The position numbers were made by a program, and so were the translations under genes. A stretch of 64,000 nucleotides of DNA. It comes from Alphaproteobacteria bacterium (GTDB taxonomy: Bacteria; Pseudomonadota; Alphaproteobacteria; MPNO01). Where the stretch lies: contig CBDFLJ010000002.1 of NCBI GenBank assembly GCA_965248835.1, positions 1,536,001 through 1,600,000 of the forward strand. The letters are read 5' to 3'. Positions 1 through 9,721 of the stretch are shown here, one piece after another (position 1 is the first letter of the stretch; each line of letters starts with the position of its first letter). Under the pieces are notes generated by a model. The model searched no databases and was not told the DNA's origin. It saw nothing but the letters and a program-made list of their open reading frames with translations.

Positions 1-443
1 TCGCGGCGCTGTTGCCGGCGCTGGTACTGATCTCCTGGCAGATCATGGTGGTGGTCAACAGCTTGCTGGCGCAGGGCGCGCTGGCGCGCTTCGGGGCGAA
101 CATACGGCCCGGCGAGCCGTTCACCGCGCTGTACCTGCCGCGCTGGCTTAGCGTCGTGCTCGCGGCCGCGGTGCTGGCCGCACTGCTTCCCGGACAGATC
201 GGCGACTTCGGGCGCAACGCGGCGGTCGTCGCCCTGCTGCCCTTTTTCTTGCTCGGCCTGTCGGTTATACATGCGGTCTCGAATCGCTGGGCCGGGCGGG
301 TTTTCGTACTCCTGGGCGTCTATCTGATCCTGTTCGTCGCCGGATGGCCGGTGCTGATCGTGGCGGCGATCGGTGTTTTCGAGCCCTGGACCCGGTTGCG
401 GGCACGCCTTGCGGGCCCACGGCGCGATGACGAGGAGGAGTAG
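1..443 (+). CDS. DUF2232/YybS-family membrane protein (5'-truncated by window edge)
   Basis: Hydrophobic multi-TM ORF with a C-terminal G..EPW..LR motif, 2 nt upstream of rplI, the usual position of this family. Confidence 0.7.
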   Translation, partial: AALLPALVLISWQIMVVVNSLLAQGALARFGANIRPGEPFTALYLPRWLSVVLAAAVLAALLPGQIGDFGRNAAVVALLPFFLLGLSVIHAVSNRWAGRVFVLLGVYLILFVAGWPVLIVAAIGVFEPWTRLRARLAGPRRDDEEE

Positions 444-445
444 CC

Positions 446-1075
446 ATGGACGTGATCTTGCTGGAGCGCGTGGACAAACTCGGGCAGATGGGCGAGGTCG
501 TCACCGTCAAGCCGGGCTATGCGCGCAACTACCTGTTGCCCAAGAAGAAGGCGATGCGCGCGACCAAGGAGAACATGTCCTATTTCGAGACCCTGCGTAC
601 ACAGCTCGAGGCGGACAACCTCGAAAGGCGCGGTGAGGCCGAAAGCGTGTCGACCGCGATCGACGGTCTGTCGGTAATTCTGACTCGCCAAGCCTCGGAC
701 AACTATCAGCTCTACGGCTCGGTGAGGACAAGCGACATCGCCGCCGTGGTCGCCGAGGCCGGGTTTACCATCACGCGAAACCAGGTCGAGCTCGAGCGGT
801 CGATCAAGACCGTCGGCCTGCACCAGGTACGGATCAGGCTCCACCCCGAAGTCGCGGTGACGATCACCGTCAACGTCGCACGCACCCAGGAAGAGGCCAA
901 GGCCCAGGCCCGCGGCGAGACCCTGGGGATGGAAGACGAAGACGAAGAGACCTGGCGCGACGCCCGCACGATGTTCGATGCAGACGCCGAGCCCGCCGAT
1001 GCCGATCCCGGCGGCGAAGACACCGGCGGCGAGGACACCGGCGGGGAGGACACCGGCGGGGAAGACCGCGCCTAG
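446..1075 (+). CDS. rplI: 50S ribosomal protein L9 with acidic C-terminal tail
   Basis: [32 protein letters not shown] signature; LYGSV motif; RBS gaggag. Confidence 0.98.
   Translation: MDVILLERVDKLGQMGEVVTVKPGYARNYLLPKKKAMRATKENMSYFETLRTQLEADNLERRGEAESVSTAIDGLSVILTRQASDNYQLYGSVRTSDIAAVVAEAGFTITRNQVELERSIKTVGLHQVRIRLHPEVAVTITVNVARTQEEAKAQARGETLGMEDEDEETWRDARTMFDADAEPADADPGGEDTGGEDTGGEDTGGEDRA
1010..1069 (+). repeat. 15-bp in-frame tandem repeat x4 encoding (GGEDT)3-GGEDR
   Basis: ggcggcgaagacacc/ggcggcgaggacacc/ggcggggaggacacc/ggcggggaagaccgc. Confidence 0.95.
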
Positions 1076-1102
1076 CGGAAACGGTCCGTCGCACGCCCGA
1101 CC

Positions 1103-1870
1103 ATGAAATACGAGCGAATTGCCTTCGTCGCCGGCTCGACGTCTCAGGCGCAGCGATCGCTGCTGAGCCTGTCCAAGCGTTACGGCGGCGTGCGCCCAGA
1201 TCAGGCCGACGTGATCGTGGCGCTTGGCGGCGACGGTCTGATGCTCGAGACGCTGCACCGGTTTCTCGGCCGCAACGCGCCGATCTACGGAATGAACCGC
1301 GGCACGGTCGGGTTTCTGCTCAACGTCTACGACGACCGCAATCTGCTTGACCGGCTGGAAGTCGCCCAGCGGGTCGAGCTGCACCCGCTGACCATGCGTG
1401 CGCGCACCGTCGACGGCGCGGTGACCACGGCGATGGCGATCAACGAGGTCTCGCTGCTGCGTCAGACCCGCCAGGCGGCAAAGCTGCGGATCCTGATCGA
1501 CGGGACGGTGCGCATGCCCGAGCTGGTCTGCGACGGAACGATTATCGCGACGCCGGCCGGCAGCACCGCCTACAACCTGTCCGCCCACGGCCCGATCATT
1601 CCTCTGGGAGCGAATTTGCTGGCGCTGACCCCGATAAGCGCATTCCGGCCCCGCAGGTGGCGTGGCGCGCTGCTGCCGTCCGCGGCGCGGCTGCGCCTGG
1701 ACGCGCTGGATGCGAAGAAGCGCCCGGTCAGCGCGGTCGCCGACTATACGGAGGTGCGCAACATCCGCTCCGTGGTGGTCCGGGAGGACCCCAAGACGAC
1801 GTTGACGCTGCTGTTCGATCCCGAACACAACCTCGAGGATCGGATCCTCAACGAGCAGTTCATCCCATAG
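1103..1870 (+). CDS. nadK: NAD kinase
   Basis: GGDG, NE and [15 protein letters not shown] motifs. Confidence 0.95.
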   Translation: MKYERIAFVAGSTSQAQRSLLSLSKRYGGVRPDQADVIVALGGDGLMLETLHRFLGRNAPIYGMNRGTVGFLLNVYDDRNLLDRLEVAQRVELHPLTMRARTVDGAVTTAMAINEVSLLRQTRQAAKLRILIDGTVRMPELVCDGTIIATPAGSTAYNLSAHGPIIPLGANLLALTPISAFRPRRWRGALLPSAARLRLDALDAKKRPVSAVADYTEVRNIRSVVVREDPKTTLTLLFDPEHNLEDRILNEQFIP

Positions 1871-1931
1871 AGCATGTCCCGATCGGATCGACCGGCTGCG
1901 GGCCGGTCCGGCCGGTTCGGAACATACGCTA
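1868..1931. repeat. TA-flanked palindromic intergenic element (MITE/RIME-like), complete copy
   Basis: Left arm tagagcatgtcccgatcggatcgaccggc pairs imperfectly with right arm gccggtccggccggttcggaacatacgcta; both ends are the stop codons of the convergent genes; 19/20 match to 34741-34760. Confidence 0.7.
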
Positions 1932-2411
1932 GTTCGCGACCATCAGACGGTAGTCCGGCGTGGTATTGAGCGGGCACGAATAGAGGTACTCGCCGGGTTT
2001 CAGCGTCACCTCGTAGTCACGCGTGGTGCCGGTCTTCAAACCGCCGCCGGAAACGCTGATCTTGGACAATCGGTGCAGCGGATTGCGCCAGTCATAGCCC
2101 TTGTCGCGCAGCCAGAAGCCGAGGACGTAGGGAACGTTCTTGTTCTGCACCCGGAAGACGTATTCGCCGGGCTTCAGCTTCAACACCTTCGACTCGGCCA
2201 GCCGCTGCTTACTCGTGCGCGCATTGATGGCCTCGCAATCGGCCTTTTTGGTCGACTTGTACATGTGGTCGACGCCGTTCTCGGATTCGACGAACTGGCA
2301 AGCGACCTGTGTCAGGGTAACAACCTGGGCGGCTTCGGCCGGCGCCGCAGCGGCGCCGAGAAGCGCCAGAGCGAATCCGCCGAGCGCGGCCGTGCGCATC
2401 TGAGATCCCAT
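1929..2411 (-). CDS. Secreted cupredoxin-like protein
   Basis: Signal peptide (ALALLGAAAAPAEA); C-terminal LKPGEYLYSCPLN as in cupredoxin folds; start uncertain (2399, 2411 or 2435). Confidence 0.6.
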   Translation of the reverse strand: MGSQMRTAALGGFALALLGAAAAPAEAAQVVTLTQVACQFVESENGVDHMYKSTKKADCEAINARTSKQRLAESKVLKLKPGEYVFRVQNKNVPYVLGFWLRDKGYDWRNPLHRLSKISVSGGGLKTGTTRDYEVTLKPGEYLYSCPLNTTPDYRLMVAN

Positions 2412-2618
2412 CACCCGCCTCGTGAGAATGTGCATTCAGGCCTCCCGTCGTTCCTGCCTTGCCGACCGCCGCCGTGCCACGGCACACCGTCGCTCAGCGC
2501 ATATTTGGGGTCATCGGTAAGGTAGGACAACCAACGCCTGTTCACCAAATGGTGAGCGTGCGCGGCGGAGCTGCGCGGCCTGACTTGCCGCCCGAGCGCC
2601 GCCGGGCGATACAACGTC

Positions 2619-4220
2619 ATGAACCACGAAACCACTGTGGCCGATGCGCTGGCGGCGCGGCTTGCCGCCTGGGGCGTTGAGCGCCTGTTCGGCATTCCGG
2701 GCGGCGGGTCCCTGCATGTCATCGAGGCCGCGGCGCGCGTCGGCATCCCCTTCGTCCTGACGCGCACCGAGACCGCAGCCGCCTTGATGGCCGCAGCCAC
2801 GGGCGAACTCACCGGACGGCCCGGCGTAGCAGTCACCGGAATCGGCCCCGGCCTTGCCGCGGCCACCAACGGAATCGCCTACGCGATGCTTGATCGCGCA
2901 CCGGTTGTCCTGATCACCGACGCTTTCGATCCGACAGGCCAGGGCTATGTCTCCCATCAGGTGATCGACCAGTCGGCCCTGTTCACGCCGATCACCAAGG
3001 CACGGGCGCGGCTCGATGGATCGAACGTCGCGGAGTCGATCGATGCGCTGATCGCAACGGCGCTGGCGCCGCCGTTCGGCCCGGTCCTTATCGAGTTGCC
3101 CGGCGGCATCGCGGCCCAGCGGGCGGACGTGGCTCCGGCGCCGGCCGCGCCGCCTGTGCCGTCCACAATGTTCGACATCGGCGGCGCCAGAGCGTTGCTG
3201 CGCCAGGCGCGGCGGCCGGCAATCCTCGTCGGGCTCGATGTCCGCAGCGCCGCAGCGGCCGCAGCGCTCGGACGGTTCGCCGGCAAGCTCGGCGCGCCGG
3301 TGCTGACGACCTACAAGGCCAAGGGCGCAATTGCCGACGGCCATAAGCTGCATGTCGGGCTCTTCACCGGTGCCGCGGCCGAGGCGCCGTGCCTGTCGCG
3401 GGCCGACCTGATCGTTCAGATCGGTCTCGACCCGGTCGAGCTCCAGCCTCAGCCCTGGCGCTACGACGCCCCGATCCTCGATATCGCCGCGGTCGGCGAC
3501 CGGCCCCTCTATGCCGCGCCCCGGGCGCGGATGATCGGGCCGATCGACGGCGCGCTCGACCTGCTGATGGATGCGGCATGCGCCGCCGACTGGCCCGCGG
3601 CCGAGATCGCCGGATTGCGCGAGGAGATGCGCGCAGCGCTGGCCTCGCCGCAAGGAGCGCCGGTCACCCCGCAGGCGCTGGTGGAGGCCGTCCACCGGGC
3701 GGCGCCGGAGGGAACCCGCATCACCGTGGATGCGGGCGCACACATGGTCCCGGCGATGACGTTCTACCCGACGGAGCGGCCCGGCGACGTCCTGATCTCC
3801 AACGGCCTGTCGACGATGGGACTCGCGCTGCCTGCGGCGATTGCGGCCGCCCTCGCCGAGCCCGACCGGCGGGTTGTGGCCTTCACCGGCGACGGCGGGC
3901 TGATGATGTGCGCCGGCGAGCTCGCGACCGCGGCCGAGACCGGCGCCGCTATCGTCGTGGTGGTATTCAACGACGCGGCACTGTCGCTGATCGACATCAA
4001 GCAGCAGGCGATCGGCCACCCGAGCCGGGGCGTGCGGACGGACCGGATCGATTTCGTGCGGATGGCCGAAAGCATGGGGTGCGCGGGCCAACGAGTCGAC
4101 AGGCCGGACGATCTGGCAGGTGCGCTGGACGAAGCCTTCGCGACCGCCGGGCCTTGCGTGATCGATGCGCGGATCGATCCGGGCGGATACGCCGCGCAGT
4201 TCAAATCATTGCGCGGCTAA
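2619..4220 (+). CDS. Thiamine pyrophosphate-dependent enzyme (acetolactate synthase-like)
   Basis: FGIPGG, TRTE catalytic Glu region, GPG..A, GDGG...FND TPP motif. Confidence 0.9.
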   Translation: MNHETTVADALAARLAAWGVERLFGIPGGGSLHVIEAAARVGIPFVLTRTETAAALMAAATGELTGRPGVAVTGIGPGLAAATNGIAYAMLDRAPVVLITDAFDPTGQGYVSHQVIDQSALFTPITKARARLDGSNVAESIDALIATALAPPFGPVLIELPGGIAAQRADVAPAPAAPPVPSTMFDIGGARALLRQARRPAILVGLDVRSAAAAAALGRFAGKLGAPVLTTYKAKGAIADGHKLHVGLFTGAAAEAPCLSRADLIVQIGLDPVELQPQPWRYDAPILDIAAVGDRPLYAAPRARMIGPIDGALDLLMDAACAADWPAAEIAGLREEMRAALASPQGAPVTPQALVEAVHRAAPEGTRITVDAGAHMVPAMTFYPTERPGDVLISNGLSTMGLALPAAIAAALAEPDRRVVAFTGDGGLMMCAGELATAAETGAAIVVVVFNDAALSLIDIKQQAIGHPSRGVRTDRIDFVRMAESMGCAGQRVDRPDDLAGALDEAFATAGPCVIDARIDPGGYAAQFKSLRG

Positions 4221-4242
4221 ACCATATCCCGAACAAGATTTT

Positions 4243-5052
4243 CTAAAGGTCAGAAAAATCGGGCGTTTTCTTGGCCGTAAACGCCGCGATACCGCGCTTG
4301 AACGCCGCGCCGAAACGGATCTTCTCGAACGCCTGGCCTTCGGTACGCAGACCCGCGGCGAGCGGCGTCTCATAGGTTTCGTTAAGAACCTGCTTCAAGG
4401 TGGCCAGCGGGATCTGCGGGCGCACCGCCAGGTCGTCGACCCAACGCTCGACCGCCGCATCCAGGCCGTCGTCGTCGACCAGTTCGCTGAGGACGCCCCA
4501 GTCAAGGGCGTCGGGAGCACTCAGGCGCCGGCCGCGCATGATCATTTCCTTGGCCCGGCCGAGACCGGCAATCCGGGCCAGCCGCTGGGTTCCGCCGGAG
4601 CCCGGGATGGCGCCGAGGTTTATTTCGGGCAGGGCGAAGACCGCCGACCGGGTCGCGATGCGAAAATCGCAGGCAAGCGCCAACTCGAAGGCGACCCCCA
4701 TGGCGTATTTCTCCACCGCGGCGATGACCGGCTTGCGGCAGCGCTCGGGCGCGGCAACGGCCCAGGCGAGGTCGGACATGCCATCGGCGGGAACCTCGAG
4801 GAACCCAGCGATATCCCCGCCGGAGCTGAAAACGCCGTTCGCGCCGCGGATGACGATCACCCTCACGTCGGGGTGCTGGTCCAAGGCTTCCAGAACGGCC
4901 GCGATCTGCGCGCGCGCCTCGAAGCTGACGACGTTGAGAGGCGGCCGGTCGAGGATCAGGGTGCCGACCCGGCGGTCGGCATCGAGCGCGACACGCAGAC
5001 CGTCGAGCTGATCGAGCAGCGCCGCGCGGCGTTCAAAGGGATCGTTCATCAA
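4243..5052 (-). CDS. Crotonase-family protein resembling HmfE (2-oxoglutaryl-CoA hydrolase)
   Basis: LDRPPLNVVS, FSSGGDI.GFLE, LAW.VAAP.RC.KPVIAA, IPGSGG recalled from HmfE. Confidence 0.7.
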   Translation of the reverse strand: MMNDPFERRAALLDQLDGLRVALDADRRVGTLILDRPPLNVVSFEARAQIAAVLEALDQHPDVRVIVIRGANGVFSSGGDIAGFLEVPADGMSDLAWAVAAPERCRKPVIAAVEKYAMGVAFELALACDFRIATRSAVFALPEINLGAIPGSGGTQRLARIAGLGRAKEMIMRGRRLSAPDALDWGVLSELVDDDGLDAAVERWVDDLAVRPQIPLATLKQVLNETYETPLAAGLRTEGQAFEKIRFGAAFKRGIAAFTAKKTPDFSDL

Positions 5053-5108
5053 ACCGCCTGACTTGGAACCGGAGGAGGCGCTTTCGGCGCATTGACCCAG
5101 GACATCAT

Positions 5109-5123
5109 CTTAGCAATGTTAAG
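5109..5123. promoter_or_regulatory. AT-rich palindrome, candidate repressor operator
   Basis: cttagcaatgttaag (reverse complement cttaacattgctaag) in the divergent intergenic region of two crotonase genes. Confidence 0.4.
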
Positions 5124-5254
5124 CCGTTCCCGTGCTTTGACAATTGGCGAGCGATCTTTCGGATCGTGCGAGTGCGCCGCGGCGGGCCGCACTGGCACGC
5201 TCCGGGCGGCTCGGGCACAATGCGTGCAAGGGTGAACCGAATCAGGAGTCCTCC

Positions 5255-6034
5255 ATGTCGCAGTCAATTCTCGTCGAGCGGCAAGGCGTGATCGCAACCG
5301 TCACGCTCAACCGTCCGGAGAAGCGAAACGCGCTCGACGCCGCGGCCTGGACGGCACTCGGCGAGGCGGTGGAAGGCCTCTCGGAGGACGACGACCTGCG
5401 CTGCATCGTTCTGCGCGGCGCAGGACCGGACGCCTTCGCCGCCGGGGCCGATATTTCGGGCTTCCGGCAGGAGCATTCGACGGTCGACCTCGCCCGATCC
5501 TACAAGGCCAAGACCGATCACGCGGTCGAGGCGATCGCGCGGGGCAAGCACCCCGTGGTCGCGATGATCCACGGCTACTGCCTGGGCGGCGGGTTCGAGA
5601 TCGCCACCGCGTGCGACATCAGGATCGCCGCGGAATCGAGCCGGCTGGGCGTTCCGGCCCGGCTGATGGGGCTCTATCTCGGCTACGGGCTGCTCGATAC
5701 GCTGGTCAATGTCGTCGGCCGGGCGACCGCGCTCGAGATCGCGCTCGAAGGCCGGGTCTACACCGCCCGCGAAGCCTACGAGAAGGGGTTGATCAACCAC
5801 ATCGTGCCCGACGAGAAGCTGGAGGACGAGGCCTATGCCTCGGCGCGCCGGATCGCAGAAGGCGCGCCGCTGGCCGCTCGCTGGCACCGCCGGGCGATCC
5901 GCCGGTTCGCGGACCCGGCCCCGCTGAGCGAGGCGGAAATCGCGGAATCCTACGCCTACGCCGACACCGAGGATTACCACGAGGGCTACCGGGCCTTCCT
6001 CGCCAAGGAGAAGCCGGTCTTCAAGGGGCGCTGA
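5255..6034 (+). CDS. Enoyl-CoA hydratase/isomerase family protein
   Basis: NRPEKRNAL, FAAGADI, GGGFEIA.ACDIR; RBS aggag before ATG 5255. Confidence 0.9.
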   Translation: MSQSILVERQGVIATVTLNRPEKRNALDAAAWTALGEAVEGLSEDDDLRCIVLRGAGPDAFAAGADISGFRQEHSTVDLARSYKAKTDHAVEAIARGKHPVVAMIHGYCLGGGFEIATACDIRIAAESSRLGVPARLMGLYLGYGLLDTLVNVVGRATALEIALEGRVYTAREAYEKGLINHIVPDEKLEDEAYASARRIAEGAPLAARWHRRAIRRFADPAPLSEAEIAESYAYADTEDYHEGYRAFLAKEKPVFKGR

Positions 6035-6037
6035 GCG

Positions 6038-7261
6038 GTGAGCGAGGCGGCGACCGGCCCGCTCGCCGGGCTGAAAATCATCGAATGCGCCCAGGTCGTG
6101 GCAGGACCGACCTGCGGCTACATGCTGGCCGACCTCGGCGCCGAGGTCATCAAGGTCGAGCGCGCCCCGCTGGGCGATGACGTAAGGCGCATGACGCCGC
6201 CCACGATCGAGGACGAATCGGCCGCCTTCATGATGCTCAACCGCAACAAGCGGGCGATCGTGCTCGATCTCAAGCAGGACGCCGGCAAGGAGGCGTTCCT
6301 GCGCATGGTGCGCGGCGCCGATGTGGTGGTCGAGAACTACCGAATGGGGGCGATGGACCGGCTGGGGCTGGGCTACGAGCGCCTGCGCGAAGAGAACCCG
6401 GCGATCATCTACGCCGCAATCTCGGGCTTCGGGCGGACCGGACCCTATGCCCACCGCGGCGGATACGACCTTGTCGCCCAGGCAATGTCGGGGCTGATGA
6501 GCATCACCGGAGAAGCCGCCGGCCGGCCGCCGGTCAAGATCGGGTCGCCGATCGCCGACTTCGCCGCCGGCGTCCTGGCTGCGCTCGGGATCGCCGCGGC
6601 GTACGCGCATCGGCTGAAGACCGGCGAGGGGCAATTCCTCGACACCTCGCTGTTCGAGGCCGGGATCTCCGCGACCTTCCACCAGGCGGCGATGTATCTC
6701 GCGACCGGCGAGCCGCCGGCGCCCCTTGGGTCGGCCCATCCGCTGAGCGCGCCCTACCAGGCCTACGAGACAGCCGACGGCTGGATCACCGTCGGTGCCG
6801 GGAACCAGGCAAACTGGCCGCGGCTCGCCGCCGCGCTCGGCGCGCCGGACCTTATCGAGGATCCGCGGTTCGTGACCAACGATCTGCGGATGGCGAACCT
6901 CGAAGCGCTCAACCGCGCGCTCGATCCGCTGTTCAAGGCGCACACGACCGATGCGCTGATGCGCGCCCTGGAAGAGGCCGGCGTGCCGGCCGGGCCGGTG
7001 CTCGATATCGGCCAGATGATGGAGGACCCCCAGACGCGCGCACGTGAGATGATCATGGAGGTCCGGCACAGCCGGCTCGGGCCGGTGCGCACCCTGGGCC
7101 CGCCGATCAAGTTTTCCGCCACGCCCGCCAACGTGCGCCGGGCGGCGCCGTATCTCGGCGAGCACTCGGCGGAGATTCTGCGCGAATTCGGCTATGACGA
7201 GGATGCCATCGCAGCCATGGCTGCGACCGGCGCGGTCATTCTCGGCCCGGATCCAGGCTGA
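6038..7261 (+). CDS. Family III CoA-transferase (CaiB/BaiF)
   Basis: LADLGAEVIKVE, NRNKR, VENYR, GYDLVAQAMSG. Confidence 0.93.
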   Translation: MSEAATGPLAGLKIIECAQVVAGPTCGYMLADLGAEVIKVERAPLGDDVRRMTPPTIEDESAAFMMLNRNKRAIVLDLKQDAGKEAFLRMVRGADVVVENYRMGAMDRLGLGYERLREENPAIIYAAISGFGRTGPYAHRGGYDLVAQAMSGLMSITGEAAGRPPVKIGSPIADFAAGVLAALGIAAAYAHRLKTGEGQFLDTSLFEAGISATFHQAAMYLATGEPPAPLGSAHPLSAPYQAYETADGWITVGAGNQANWPRLAAALGAPDLIEDPRFVTNDLRMANLEALNRALDPLFKAHTTDALMRALEEAGVPAGPVLDIGQMMEDPQTRAREMIMEVRHSRLGPVRTLGPPIKFSATPANVRRAAPYLGEHSAEILREFGYDEDAIAAMAATGAVILGPDPG

Positions 7262-8348
7262 TCGGATCGGGCCCGCGCCATTCGCGGCGCACCATGGCGA
7301 TCGTCCCGGGATCGAAGAACCCGTCGATCCGGCGCCCGACATCGGCCACCAGATCCGGCGCGCCCGCCGCCGCGCGCCACCAGGTGCTTTCTCCGGCGCC
7401 CTTGCCGTTGGCCCAGGCCTCCGCCTCGACCCGCCATTTGGCGAACCAGGTCGTCGTGCGCAGCCAGGTCAGCCGCCGCATCGGCAGCAGCCAGGGTTCC
7501 AGGCCGCGGGCGAGGTCCACCGGTATGTTCGCCCGATAGGCGTCATAGAAACCGATCACGTCCTGGCGCGTAAGGACCGCCTCGCAGTCGGGATCCCACA
7601 TGGTCGAGGTGTACAGGCTCGCATGGGCGACATCGATCGCCGGCGAGCCGTAGAGCGCCTTCTCCAGATCGATGAAGACCGCGCGCCCGGTGCCGGGGCG
7701 CTCGATCAGGAAGTTGCCGGGATGGGTGTCGGTGCCGCACAGCGTGATCGGCTGGGGCGTGCCGGCATGCCGGGCGGCGAATTGCCGCGCCCAGGCGATC
7801 TCCTCGTGGATCTGCGCGCGAGCGTCGTCCGCCAGCCCGGCGCGGTCGAGATAAGCCGCCTGCTCGGTGATGAAGCCCAGGATGCCGGCCACCGGGTCGG
7901 CGTGGACCGCCAGCGGCGCCCGGCCGCCCGGCGGCGGCAGCGCCACCCCGTGGATCCCGGCCATGCATGAAGCGATCGCCGGCAGGTCCTCGGGCAGCCG
8001 AGCCGCGACGCCCTCGACCAGCGCGACCACCAGGCCGCCATAGGCAAGGCCCGGACGCGGTGCGATGACGCCGGCCAGCGCCGGGGTGCAGCCGCTCGGC
8101 TGCGCGCGGGCGAAACAGGCGCTCTGATAGGCCAGGTTTGCCGCCGGATCGAGCCCGAACTGGCTCGAACGCGGCAGGCGGAGCACATAGCCGGTGCCCG
8201 TGATCCGGACGTGGTCGTGGAACAGCCCCTTTACGTGCAGCCGCTCCAGCGCGCCGGCCGGCGCGTCGGCGAATCCCGCCACACCGCGCAACCCCGCCAG
8301 CGCGGCATCAAGGTCCAATGGTCGGGTGACTGCTCCCTTCGCTGGCAT
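7236..8348 (-). CDS. Aminoglycoside/choline phosphotransferase-like kinase
   Basis: VLRLPR, TDTHPGNFL (Brenner-like motif), FIDLE, G.PAIDVA; start uncertain. Confidence 0.75.
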   Translation of the reverse strand: MPAKGAVTRPLDLDAALAGLRGVAGFADAPAGALERLHVKGLFHDHVRITGTGYVLRLPRSSQFGLDPAANLAYQSACFARAQPSGCTPALAGVIAPRPGLAYGGLVVALVEGVAARLPEDLPAIASCMAGIHGVALPPPGGRAPLAVHADPVAGILGFITEQAAYLDRAGLADDARAQIHEEIAWARQFAARHAGTPQPITLCGTDTHPGNFLIERPGTGRAVFIDLEKALYGSPAIDVAHASLYTSTMWDPDCEAVLTRQDVIGFYDAYRANIPVDLARGLEPWLLPMRRLTWLRTTTWFAKWRVEAEAWANGKGAGESTWWRAAAGAPDLVADVGRRIDGFFDPGTIAMVRREWRGPDPISLDPGRE

Positions 8349-8497
8349 GATCCAGATCAGGTTCCGTGGGTCTGCTCTCAGCCCGCCCGCGCGGGCACCC
8401 CAGCACATGCCGGTCACGGTGCCGCCGGCCGCCCGCCGGGTCAAGCCGGGGTGGCGTTGCCTCGCCCCGGCGGCGGTCGATCTGTAGGGTGCGGCCC

Positions 8498-9715
8498 ATG
8501 GACACCACCGATCGAATCATCATCGTCGGGGCCGGTCCGGTCGGAATGGTCACGGCGCTGGCGCTGGCACGGGCCGGCGTCCCCGTGCTCGTGCTGGAAG
8601 CCCTGGCGGTCACGTCGCGGGACCACCGCGCCTCGACCCTGCACCCCTCGACGCTCGCCATGCTGGAGCCGCTGGGCATGACGCCGCACCTCCTCGAACG
8701 CGGGCTCGCATCGCCGCGGTTCCAGTTCCGCGACCGCGCAAGCCAGCAGATCGTGGCCGAGTTCGACTATGCGCTCCTGAAGGACGAGACGCCCTTCCCG
8801 CTGGCACTTCAGCTCGAACAGCACAAGACGATCGAGATCGCCCACCTGATTGCCAAGCACCTGGAGACTTTCACACTCCTGCGCGAGCACGAGATCCTCG
8901 ACGTGCGCCAGAGCGCCGGCGGCGTCGATGTCGACGCCCGGACCCCGGACGGCCGGACGGCCACCTTCCCGGCGCGTTTCGTGATCGGCTGCGATGGCGG
9001 GCGCTCGGTGGTGCGCAAGGCCCAGGGGATCGACTTCCCCGGATTCACCTGGGAGGAACGCTTCATCATCGTCTCCACCGGCTACGATTTCGGCGCTGCA
9101 GGCGGCTTCCGCTACCGCAACTACATCGCCCATCCCGAACAATGGTCGGCAATCATCAAGGTGCCCGGCGAGGAGGATGAAGGGGTCTGGCGGGCGCTGT
9201 TCCCGGCGTTCACCGACGCGCCGGACGAAGAGGTGCTCGACGACGACTGGATCCAGGCCCGGTTCGCCGAATGCCTGCCCTACGATCCGCCCTACGCGAT
9301 TCTGCACCGCAACCTCTATGCGATCCATCAGCGGGTCGCGGCGACATTCCGCAAAGGCCGCGTGATGCTCGCCGGCGACGCGGCGCACGTGAACAACCCG
9401 GTCGGCGGGATGGGCATGAACAGCGGCCTGCATGACGGCCTCAACCTTGCCGCCAAGCTCGTCGCCATCTGGCGCGGCGAGGCCGGCGAGGATGTCCTCG
9501 ACCGCTACGACCGCCAGAGGCGGCCGATGGCCGAGAAATACGTCCAGGCCCAGTCCATCCGCAACAAGCAGCTGCTGGGCGAACGCGACCCCGAGGTCCG
9601 GCGCCGGCGGTTCGAGGAGCTGCGCCGGACCGCCGAGGACCCGGAGCGGGCGCGGGAATACCTCAGGGCGTCCTCGCTGATCGCCATGGTCGAGGAGGCC
9701 GACTCGATCGACTGA
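8498..9715 (+). CDS. FAD-dependent monooxygenase (MhpA/PheA-like)
   Basis: GAGPVG, GCDGGRS.VR, LAGDAAHVNNPVGGMGMNSG. Confidence 0.92.
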   Translation: MDTTDRIIIVGAGPVGMVTALALARAGVPVLVLEALAVTSRDHRASTLHPSTLAMLEPLGMTPHLLERGLASPRFQFRDRASQQIVAEFDYALLKDETPFPLALQLEQHKTIEIAHLIAKHLETFTLLREHEILDVRQSAGGVDVDARTPDGRTATFPARFVIGCDGGRSVVRKAQGIDFPGFTWEERFIIVSTGYDFGAAGGFRYRNYIAHPEQWSAIIKVPGEEDEGVWRALFPAFTDAPDEEVLDDDWIQARFAECLPYDPPYAILHRNLYAIHQRVAATFRKGRVMLAGDAAHVNNPVGGMGMNSGLHDGLNLAAKLVAIWRGEAGEDVLDRYDRQRRPMAEKYVQAQSIRNKQLLGERDPEVRRRRFEELRRTAEDPERAREYLRASSLIAMVEEADSID

Positions 9716-9721
9716 GCCCGG

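Noticed and set aside
1010-1069. Repeat array as possible CRISPR
   Set aside because: No spacers, in-frame coding, no cas genes
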